The translations under genes and the position numbers were made by a program. From Patescibacteria group bacterium (lineage in GTDB: Bacteria > Patescibacteriota > Microgenomatia > Levybacterales > UBA12049), in contig JBBTTO010000002.1 of the NCBI GenBank assembly GCA_038064195.1, positions 269,356 to 333,355 of the forward strand: a stretch of 64,000 nt of DNA. The letters run 5' to 3'. This document shows, one piece after another, positions 39,639 through 47,784 of this stretch. Numbering within the stretch: the stretch's first letter is position 1; every line of letters begins with the position of its first letter. The notes below the pieces were generated by a model. The model worked only from the letters and a program-made list of their open reading frames with translations, searched no databases and was not told the DNA's origin.

Positions 39639-40736
39639 ATGGACAATCAAGCTCTACAAAAAATCCGCGAAACTATCAGTCGCAGCCAGCAGGTCAGCCT
39701 TGCTGTCGGTAAAAATCCGACTATCGATCAGATGGCCTCAGCTTTAGGTCTAGCTTTAACTCTGGAAGCACAAGGAAAAAAGGTCAGTGTTGTTTCCCCG
39801 ACCGCGCCAATTGTGGAAGTATCATCTCTTGTTGGTATTGATAAGGTCAAAACATCAAGTGAAGGATCAAGCGGAGACCTCGTCGTATCATTCCCTTATC
39901 GTGAAGGTGAAATTGAGAAAGTTTCCTACACAATTGATGACGGATTTCTCAACATCGTGGTTAAAGCAGGTGAGTCCGGTCTTACTTTCACTGAACGGGA
40001 TGTGACCTATAAACGTGGTACTGATAAGCCTGAACTTTTGATAACTATCGGTATTACAAGAATGGGTGATGTAACCGGACTTTTCTCAGAAGAGGCACTA
40101 AAAGACGTTATGATTATCAATATCGATAATAGTAATGATAACGAAGGTTATGGCGGTATGGTTTTGGTTTCACCTAAATTCTCATCTCTTTCAGAGCAAG
40201 TCGCTGACTTGATGCTCAACTTGGGATATGACATTGATATTGATGTTGCCCAAAATCTCCTTTCAGGTTTGACAACTGCAACAGATAATTTCCAGAGTCC
40301 CAATACTTCGTATCTGGCATTTGAGATAGCGGCAATTTTACTGAAGCGAGGAGCACGGAGAGATCGATCACGTGCCGTTGAAGCATCTCGACCGATGCAG
40401 CAGGCGCAACAACCAGCGCAGCAGCCCTTTCCCCGCCCGCAGCCACGACCTCAGCAGCAGGTTCAGCAACCACGACGTGAAGACAGACAGGATAGACGAG
40501 ATGTAATCCGCGATGCGTTGAGAGCTCAATCACAAGCACGGGGTACTGCGCAACCGCAAGTACAAGAACCGGTGCAACCATTAGAGCAAGACGTCCAGCC
40601 GATGCAGGTTCGTCAGGAACAACCACGTCCCGATCGGCCGGTAGCACAGCCTCAGGCCCAGAATAGATCCCAGGATCAAAAGCCGCCTTCTGATTGGTTA
40701 ACACCAAAGGTTTATAAGGGTTCTTCAAGCATCTAA
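39639..40736 (+). CDS. Degenerate DHH/NrnA-like protein with Q/P/R-rich C-terminal tail
   Basis: NPTIDQMAS, INIDNS at the DHH position, SSLSEQV and ATDNFQ motifs; follows infB. Confidence 0.7.
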   Translation: MDNQALQKIRETISRSQQVSLAVGKNPTIDQMASALGLALTLEAQGKKVSVVSPTAPIVEVSSLVGIDKVKTSSEGSSGDLVVSFPYREGEIEKVSYTIDDGFLNIVVKAGESGLTFTERDVTYKRGTDKPELLITIGITRMGDVTGLFSEEALKDVMIINIDNSNDNEGYGGMVLVSPKFSSLSEQVADLMLNLGYDIDIDVAQNLLSGLTTATDNFQSPNTSYLAFEIAAILLKRGARRDRSRAVEASRPMQQAQQPAQQPFPRPQPRPQQQVQQPRREDRQDRRDVIRDALRAQSQARGTAQPQVQEPVQPLEQDVQPMQVRQEQPRPDRPVAQPQAQNRSQDQKPPSDWLTPKVYKGSSSI

Positions 40737-40749
40737 GAGTATTAAGCGT

Positions 40750-40795
40750 CTTGTCATTTGCGAGGATCCGCTAGCTGGCGGAGGCAAAGCAATCT
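40750..40795 (+). repeat. Left arm of a ~46-nt inverted repeat (REP/RPE-like)
   Basis: CTTGTCATTTGCGAGGATCCGCTAGCTGGCGG...GCAATCT; inverted partner at 41987..42033. Confidence 0.75.
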
Positions 40796-40857
40796 GATAA
40801 AAACTTTTCCATATAACTCAATTTGACGAGTAGCTTCATTTCTGAAATACTAAACTT

Positions 40858-41979
40858 ATGGATCCGCAATCCTCACCACCACCAACACCTATCGCAAATA
40901 CTGAACACTCACCAGTTTCACAACAGCCACCAGTTTTACCTCCCTCAAATCCTCATTCCCGTAGAAAGCTAATAGTTTATGGTTTTATCGCTGTAGTAGG
41001 TTTAATCGCTCTCCTCGTGGGAGCCTATACTCTCGGAGTCCAAAAATCACCAAAAAACGTAATCCCAGCCACTCCCACACCGGTCAAGAAAGCCGCCGAA
41101 ATAGACCCCACAGCAAACTGGAAGAGATATACTAGTGGTCGTTATAGTTTCAAATATCCTCCTGCGGCAGAACTTGAGGAAAAGCTTGACGGTTCTGTAA
41201 AAGTTTCTATGTCCGGTGCTGATTTCAAATCCACGGCAACATTCAGTGAAGTAAAATACACCGGGAAAATTGGAGACTTTGTAAGAGAAAAAGCAAAAGA
41301 TACTTCAAAATACACATTCCAAGGACCAGCTCAACCGATTAATTTTAGAGAAGGGTATGCCTATTCTGAAAAAGATTCAACTGTAAATCATGCTTACATA
41401 TATTTAGACAATACAACCGCTTTGTATATAGAGTATAAAACTCAAGGAATTGATCGAACGCTTGATGACATATTCCTGTCATTAGAATTCACCAACCCAG
41501 ATGAGGCTGTTGATACATCAAATTGGAAAACCTACTCACCTCCAGACAAATATTTCTCAGTTAAATATCCAGCAAACTGGATTATTGAGAGCAATCTAGA
41601 AAAATACCCATCAATACAAGATGCTGAAGAAGTAAGTGGCAATCACTTCTCTGTCTGGAGTACAGACCAGTCAAAATTAGGTAGTCAATCTGTGCCTAGT
41701 GATGAGTTAAAAGTAGAAGCAAATGTATATACAAATATTACACAATCACTCGATAATTGGGCAAAAGCAGCAAATGGAGAAATTTTAAAGTCAGAAAATA
41801 TTACAATAAATTCAAAATCAGCTAAAAAAGTATGGAGGAAAGATGTCCTTGGATTCCAGCATTTATCTATTTATTATAAAGACGGAAATAAAGGTTTAAG
41901 TATTGATTCATGGCCATACAACTCTATATATTCAAAAGAATTCGACGCAATTGCAAAAAGCTTCAAATTCGCCGACTGA
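40858..41979 (+). CDS. Membrane-anchored surface protein with two PsbP-like domains
   Basis: Pro-rich N-terminus and TM helix; duplicated D(P/T)xNWKxY...(Y/F)SxKYP...SxxF units; AT-rich by eye. Confidence 0.7.
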   Translation: MDPQSSPPPTPIANTEHSPVSQQPPVLPPSNPHSRRKLIVYGFIAVVGLIALLVGAYTLGVQKSPKNVIPATPTPVKKAAEIDPTANWKRYTSGRYSFKYPPAAELEEKLDGSVKVSMSGADFKSTATFSEVKYTGKIGDFVREKAKDTSKYTFQGPAQPINFREGYAYSEKDSTVNHAYIYLDNTTALYIEYKTQGIDRTLDDIFLSLEFTNPDEAVDTSNWKTYSPPDKYFSVKYPANWIIESNLEKYPSIQDAEEVSGNHFSVWSTDQSKLGSQSVPSDELKVEANVYTNITQSLDNWAKAANGEILKSENITINSKSAKKVWRKDVLGFQHLSIYYKDGNKGLSIDSWPYNSIYSKEFDAIAKSFKFAD

Positions 41980-41986
41980 ATAACAG

Positions 41987-42033
41987 AGATTGCCACGTCG
42001 CCCGCCAGCTGGCGGACTCCTCGCAATGACAAG
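41987..42033 (-). repeat. Right arm of the ~46-nt inverted repeat
   Basis: AGATTGCCACGTCGCCCGCCAGCTGGCGGACTCCTCGCAATGACAAG; its reverse complement matches 40750..40795. Confidence 0.75.
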
Positions 42034-42098
42034 CTACGAGCCACACGCACCCCTTGATACTTGTGATACCCTCAATTATTATGCTATAATACACTCCT

Positions 42099-42368
42099 AT
42101 GCCACTTTCAGTGACACAAAAACAAGATATTATTAAAGAATTTCAGACAGTCGATGGTGATACAGGAAGTCCCGAAGTACAGATTGCACTTCTTACCCAT
42201 CGTATCACAAGACTTTCTGAGCACTTGAAAGATCATGCTCATGATGTCCACAGTCGTCGGGGATTACTCTCGATGATCGCAAAGAGACGCCGACTCCTTA
42301 ACTTTTTAGTTAAAGTTGATAAAACAAGGTCTTCTGATATAAAGAAAAAGATCGGATTGAAAGATTAA
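42099..42368 (+). CDS. rpsO: 30S ribosomal protein S15
   Basis: DTGSPEVQIALLT and HDVHSRRGLL motifs. Confidence 0.98.
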   Translation: MPLSVTQKQDIIKEFQTVDGDTGSPEVQIALLTHRITRLSEHLKDHAHDVHSRRGLLSMIAKRRRLLNFLVKVDKTRSSDIKKKIGLKD

Positions 42369-42371
42369 GAA

Positions 42372-44789
42372 ATGGAAAAAGCCTCCCTTACACTTGATTT
42401 TGCAGGTAAGATACTGACATTCTCAACAGGTCACCTTGCTCCTCAAGCTACGTCATCTGTCCTTGCCCAATTGGGCGATACAGTCGTGCTGGTAACTGTT
42501 GTTGCCGGTAAGATCCGTGATGATATTGATTATTTCCCACTTAGTGTCGAATACACAGAAAAGCTCTATGCAGGCGGACGTATTAAAGGCAGTAGATGGG
42601 TAAAACGAGAAGGCAGGCCGACAGATGATGCTATCCTTATCGGACGACTCATTGATCGTTCAATCCGTCCTCTTTTTCCTAAAGAATATAAAAATGAAGT
42701 TCAGGTAGTGGTGACTGTCTTATCAGTTGACGGTGAGCATGAGCCTGATATTTTAGCACTCAATGCAGTATCGGCTGCACTTGCTATGTCACCGATTCCG
42801 TGGAAAGGACCAATTGGTGCTATCCGTATGGGTACGGTTAAAGATATTGAGTCCGGTAAGTTAGGCCTTATCCACAACCCGACCTCACCTGAGAGTGCTG
42901 TCTCAGAACTTGATATTGTCGTTTCACAGAGTAAAGATTTGACAGTCATGCTCGAAGCAGGAGCACTCCAAGTCCCCGAAGAAACAGTCCATGAAGCAAT
43001 CGTCGCGGCTCACACTGAGACACAAAAAATGATTAAAGCTATCGAAGATCTTGTTAAAAAGTCAGGTCAGACAAAGCATGAAGTTAAGCCAAATACCAAA
43101 CAAAATGACGCCATCGCCATCATTGAGAAGGGGTACAAAAAAGAAGTTGAGGATTTGATTGCGGGCAGAGCTAACAAAGAAGGTTCGGGTTCAGAGACAG
43201 ATGAACTCATTGCTAAGATTTTGGAGCAGGAAAAAATTGATAATCCAGAGACAGAGATTGATAAAAAGATTTTAGGCAAAGCGCTTGAATATGTGATGTT
43301 TAAGATTATCCGTAACAACGTTGTCAAAAAACAGGCCAGACCTGACGGCCGCAAGGTAGATGAAATCCGCACCATTAATGTTGAGTCGGGTATTTTGCCT
43401 CGTACTCATGGCTCAGCGCTTTTTGAGCGTGGCCTCACACAGGCACTCACCATTGTAACGCTTGGTTCTCCCCGCATGGAGCAGCTCATTGAATCAGCCG
43501 AAGGTGAAGAATCCAAACGCTACATTCATCACTACTCAGGGCCACCCTATTCAGTCGGAGAAGCAGGCCGTATCGGTACTCCATCCAGGCGCGAAATCGG
43601 TCATGGGGCATTGGCTGAGCGTGCGCTACAGGCAGTTATCCCAACTCAGGATAAGTTTCCTTACACAATCAGGATTGTTTCTGAAGTCCTGTCACAGAAC
43701 GGCTCAAGTTCAATGGCTTCAACGTGCGGTTCAACGCTTGCCCTTATGGATGCCGGTGTGCCGATTCTTAAACCGGTCGCAGGTATTTCAATCGGTATGA
43801 TGTCAAATGACGAAGACTACGTATTGTTGACAGACATTATCGGCCTTGAGGATTTCTCAGGCGATATGGATTTCAAAGTAGCCGGGACAGATAGTGGCGT
43901 AACAGCAATTCAGCTGGATGTTAAGGTGCCTGGTCTGACTGATAAGCAAATTAAAGAAATTTTTGAGAGAGCTAAGTCTGCTCGTATGAGTATTTTGGAG
44001 AAAATGCTTGCGGTGATGCCTGAGACTCGCAAGGCTATCTCAACTTATGCTCCAAAGATTGAGCAAATTCAAATCCCGGTTGACAAGATCGGTGAGTTGA
44101 TCGGTCCGGGCGGAAAGAATATCAAAAATATCATCGCGACAACCGGCGCGCAGGTCGATGTCGAGGATGACGGTAAAGTTACCATCTCAGGCACTGATCA
44201 GGAAGCAGTCCAAAAAGCAGTTGACTGGATCACAGGTATTATGCGTGAGGTACAAGTCGGGGAAGAATTTGAAGGACCGGTCAAGCGTATCCTTCCTTTC
44301 GGAGCCTTCGTTGAAATACTTCCCGGTAAAGAAGGAATGGTTCATGTCTCAAAAATGGGGCAAGGATTTGTCAATAGTCCTGAAGACGTTGTCACACTTG
44401 GTCAAGTTGTCAAAGTTAAGGTTTATGAGATTGACGATCAGGGTAGAATTAATTTGACAATGAAATTCGGTGAGGCAGAGGGAACTAATGAGCCATCGGG
44501 CAGCGGTCCTGCGGGCGGGAGTGGCCCTCGTCGGGAGTACTCAGCCGCCGGTCCTAGTCGTGATCGCAGACCGGGCGGAAGTCGACCTTTTGAGCGTCGT
44601 TCTGACAGCAGACGTCCTTTTGAGCGTCGTCCCGAAGGCAGTACCTATAATCGTGAACCACGTCCTTTTTCAGCTCCAGCTGCTGAAGGTCCGGGAGCAC
44701 CTGCCAGGCATCCATTATCAGCTCAATTTGAAAGAGAGAGACGCGAGAAGGCTCGAACATCAGGTCCCCGACGTCGAACGCACTATTAA
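42372..44789 (+). CDS. pnp: Polyribonucleotide nucleotidyltransferase (PNPase)
   Basis: RLIDRSIRPLFP, RREIGHG, NGSSSMAS and GDMDFKVAG motifs, KH and S1 domains, Arg/Gly/Pro-rich tail. Confidence 0.98.
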   Translation: MEKASLTLDFAGKILTFSTGHLAPQATSSVLAQLGDTVVLVTVVAGKIRDDIDYFPLSVEYTEKLYAGGRIKGSRWVKREGRPTDDAILIGRLIDRSIRPLFPKEYKNEVQVVVTVLSVDGEHEPDILALNAVSAALAMSPIPWKGPIGAIRMGTVKDIESGKLGLIHNPTSPESAVSELDIVVSQSKDLTVMLEAGALQVPEETVHEAIVAAHTETQKMIKAIEDLVKKSGQTKHEVKPNTKQNDAIAIIEKGYKKEVEDLIAGRANKEGSGSETDELIAKILEQEKIDNPETEIDKKILGKALEYVMFKIIRNNVVKKQARPDGRKVDEIRTINVESGILPRTHGSALFERGLTQALTIVTLGSPRMEQLIESAEGEESKRYIHHYSGPPYSVGEAGRIGTPSRREIGHGALAERALQAVIPTQDKFPYTIRIVSEVLSQNGSSSMASTCGSTLALMDAGVPILKPVAGISIGMMSNDEDYVLLTDIIGLEDFSGDMDFKVAGTDSGVTAIQLDVKVPGLTDKQIKEIFERAKSARMSILEKMLAVMPETRKAISTYAPKIEQIQIPVDKIGELIGPGGKNIKNIIATTGAQVDVEDDGKVTISGTDQEAVQKAVDWITGIMREVQVGEEFEGPVKRILPFGAFVEILPGKEGMVHVSKMGQGFVNSPEDVVTLGQVVKVKVYEIDDQGRINLTMKFGEAEGTNEPSGSGPAGGSGPRREYSAAGPSRDRRPGGSRPFERRSDSRRPFERRPEGSTYNREPRPFSAPAAEGPGAPARHPLSAQFERERREKARTSGPRRRTHY

Positions 44790-44869
44790 ATTTACTTTTC
44801 CTTTTGGTTGTATTTTTTTCTCGCTACCTAGTTTTGCTTTAAGCTAAATTGGTGTAAGATAGTACTACT

Positions 44870-45985
44870 ATGCTTGATACTGCCCTACCGACGTCTACTG
44901 TGCCGGCTACTACCGGAACTCCGGCCCAGTCGAGTGATCAGATCCGTAAATTAGGCGAGCGGGTTGAAAAAGCCCAACTGCCTGAAATTCTTAAACAAAA
45001 TCTGCTTGAGCGTATCTCACGTCTTGCTCTTATCCGCGCGAGCGCTGGCTTTATGAGTGCTAATTATATTCTGGAATATGAAAATACGGCAACCTATGTT
45101 AACTGGATTGTCGGGCTTCCCTGGCATCAGGCAACAACTGATCTACTGGATCTTGCTAAGGCCAAACAGATAATGGATCAAAATCATTATGGTTTGGTAC
45201 CCATTAAGGAGCGGATTCTTGATTATTTGGCAACAATTATTCTCAATATGAAAAATCAACGACAGGACATTATTCATCGGGCACCGATTCTTTGTCTTGT
45301 CGGTCTTGCGGGTACAGGTAAAACAACGCTTGCCCATTCCATAGCTGATGCGCTCGGTAAGCATTTTGAGAGGATTCCTTTCGGAGGTATGGCTGATTCA
45401 CGGGCACTTCGCGGTCAATCGAAAGCGTTTCCGGATGCGGAGCCAGGATATGTTGTTAAAAAGTTATTTCATGCCCAGGCGAATAACTCGGTAGTACTGC
45501 TTGATGAATTGGATCGTGTCACCGAGTCGTCGAGAGCTGACATTATGGGTGTTTTGGTCGAACTTCTCGATCCTGAGCAGAATTTTGCCTTTACGGATCA
45601 TTATGTCGACTTTCCTTTTGATCTTTCCAATGTGCTTTTTATAGCAACGGCTAACAACACCAGCAATATCTCAACAGCTGTCCTTGATCGTTTGGAGATT
45701 ATCCAGATGCCTTCCTATACGGATGAGGAAAAAATCGTGATTGCTAAAAAATACCTATTTGGAAAAATCCGAACCGAGACGGGTTTGACTGATCAACAGG
45801 TCATCATTGATGAGACCGTGTGGCCTAATATCATAAGGCCTTTGGGATTTGATTCGGGGATCAGGTCACTTGAGCGAACAATTGAGGGTGTTTGCCGGAA
45901 AGTAGCCAGACAAATTGTCGAGGGCAAAGTCCAGGCAGTTCGCGTGACTGATGCCAATTTTAAAGAATATCTGCCCACCTGGTAA
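44870..45985 (+). CDS. Lon-type AAA+ ATPase lacking the N-terminal and protease domains
   Basis: LPW, HYGL..IKERIL, GLAGTGKT, LLDELDR, LLDPEQN..FTDHY, DLSNVLFIATAN and GIRSLER motifs; ends before any Ser-Lys protease domain. Confidence 0.85.
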   Translation: MLDTALPTSTVPATTGTPAQSSDQIRKLGERVEKAQLPEILKQNLLERISRLALIRASAGFMSANYILEYENTATYVNWIVGLPWHQATTDLLDLAKAKQIMDQNHYGLVPIKERILDYLATIILNMKNQRQDIIHRAPILCLVGLAGTGKTTLAHSIADALGKHFERIPFGGMADSRALRGQSKAFPDAEPGYVVKKLFHAQANNSVVLLDELDRVTESSRADIMGVLVELLDPEQNFAFTDHYVDFPFDLSNVLFIATANNTSNISTAVLDRLEIIQMPSYTDEEKIVIAKKYLFGKIRTETGLTDQQVIIDETVWPNIIRPLGFDSGIRSLERTIEGVCRKVARQIVEGKVQAVRVTDANFKEYLPTW

Positions 45986-46004
45986 CAGGTATCACTAACA
46001 ACAT

Positions 46005-47720
46005 ATGGATACAAAGCCAAAAAATTTACCACAGCCTATTTTCATTCAGGACACCTTGTCTGTTATTCCGCTTGGCGGGATAGAGGATGTCACAAAAAAT
46101 ATGTATGTTTATGAGTATAAGGACGAAATACTCATTGTTGACTGCGGTATCGGTTTTGCCGATGCTTCAGCCATCGGAGTCGATCTCCTGCTGCCTGATA
46201 TAACCTATCTGTTGCAGACCTGTCTGCCGGCAGGCACGGCGAAGAAGAAAATCGTCGGGCTTTTCCTCAGTCATGGCCATGAGGATCACATAGGCGCACT
46301 GCCTTTTATCCTCCCGCAACTCCCGAAATTTCCTGTCTTTGCTACCCCTTTCACTGCAGCTCTTGCTAACGCCAAATTAAAAGACTTTGAATTACCGGCA
46401 AATATTCAGTCGGTGTCATTTACCGACAGACCGATAACGCTGGGAAAATTCAGCGTCAATTTTATTCAGGTTACTCACTCAGTGCCTGATACAGCTCATA
46501 TTTTTATCAAGACACCGGTCGGGAATATCTACCATGGCAGTGATTTTAAGATCGATCTGACACCCTATGATAACAAACGGATGGATTTTAAAAGTATTGT
46601 TAACGCTTCACGTGAGGGTGTCCTCATCCAGATGACCGATTCCTTGGGCTCTGATCGACCGGGTCAGACGCCGTCTGAGAACGGTCTTGATCGCACTTTC
46701 GAGCGTATTATGAAGGAGTGCAGTGGAAAATGTATTGTTACGACCTATTCCTCCAATGTCTCACGTATCAATCAAGTCATCGCTGCTGCTCAGAAGTCGA
46801 AAAGAAAAGTATGCTTTGTCGGACGGTCACTGATCAAAGTAACAGATGTCGCACGTCGCTTGGGATATCTCCAAGTTGAAGAAGGGACAATTATTGAGTT
46901 AGCACATGTTCCCAATTATCCTGAAAATCAGATTGTACTTGTGGTTGCGGGGAGTCAAGGTCAGGAGAATTCAGCCATGACACGTATTGCCGAAGGAGAG
47001 CATCGGGAGATCCACTTAGGCTCCAAAGACGTAGTCGTCTTTTCAGCCGATCCTATCCCAGGGAATGAGGAAGCAGTCAATGAGTTGATTGATAGTATTG
47101 CCAAAACGGGGGCAAAGGCCTTCACCTCAGAGAGCGGTCTTTTGCTGCATGTTTCAGGGCATGGCTCCCAGCAGGATCATCTCCTGATGATGTCACTTCT
47201 TAAGGCCAAATATATCATCCCCATCAGCGGTAACTACAAGCACTTAGTGGGGTATAAAGAATTGTCTCGCAAACTTGATTATACCGATAAACAAGTTCTC
47301 ATTCTTGAAAATGGTCAGGAGGTCATCTTCAGCAGCAGCAGCTATAAATTAGGTCGTAAAATCCCGACCAAAAATGTGTATGTCGATCAAATGTCCGGTG
47401 AGGAAGTCGAAGGATTTGTCCTGCGAGACCGTGAGAAATTAGCTAAAGACGGAATCGTTATTCTTATGGTGGAAGTCAGCGCAAATGATGGACAGCTGAC
47501 TAATAACCCGATTATCATCGGTCGGGGCTTACTTCCTAAAGACGCAAAAGCTTTGGAGGTATCTCTCACCCATGAAATTAAGAAAACACTTTCGCAGAAA
47601 AGGGGGCGAATCAGTAACTGGGTACATATCCGTAAGCAACTTGAAGAAACCTCAAGTAAGCATATTTTCAATAAGTTGCGTCGTCGTCCACTCGTTTTGC
47701 CGATTGTTATTGAAGTATAG
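46005..47720 (+). CDS. rnj: Ribonuclease J
   Basis: PLGGIEDVTKN, SHGHEDHIG, THSVPD, DFKID, GSQGQ and HVSGH motifs. Confidence 0.96.
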   Translation: MDTKPKNLPQPIFIQDTLSVIPLGGIEDVTKNMYVYEYKDEILIVDCGIGFADASAIGVDLLLPDITYLLQTCLPAGTAKKKIVGLFLSHGHEDHIGALPFILPQLPKFPVFATPFTAALANAKLKDFELPANIQSVSFTDRPITLGKFSVNFIQVTHSVPDTAHIFIKTPVGNIYHGSDFKIDLTPYDNKRMDFKSIVNASREGVLIQMTDSLGSDRPGQTPSENGLDRTFERIMKECSGKCIVTTYSSNVSRINQVIAAAQKSKRKVCFVGRSLIKVTDVARRLGYLQVEEGTIIELAHVPNYPENQIVLVVAGSQGQENSAMTRIAEGEHREIHLGSKDVVVFSADPIPGNEEAVNELIDSIAKTGAKAFTSESGLLLHVSGHGSQQDHLLMMSLLKAKYIIPISGNYKHLVGYKELSRKLDYTDKQVLILENGQEVIFSSSSYKLGRKIPTKNVYVDQMSGEEVEGFVLRDREKLAKDGIVILMVEVSANDGQLTNNPIIIGRGLLPKDAKALEVSLTHEIKKTLSQKRGRISNWVHIRKQLEETSSKHIFNKLRRRPLVLPIVIEV

Positions 47721-47784
47721 CCATGCGGTCCAGCGCAGTGAATAGCTATTTGCGCTATGCTTTTTGAACTCCTATAATAGTCTT

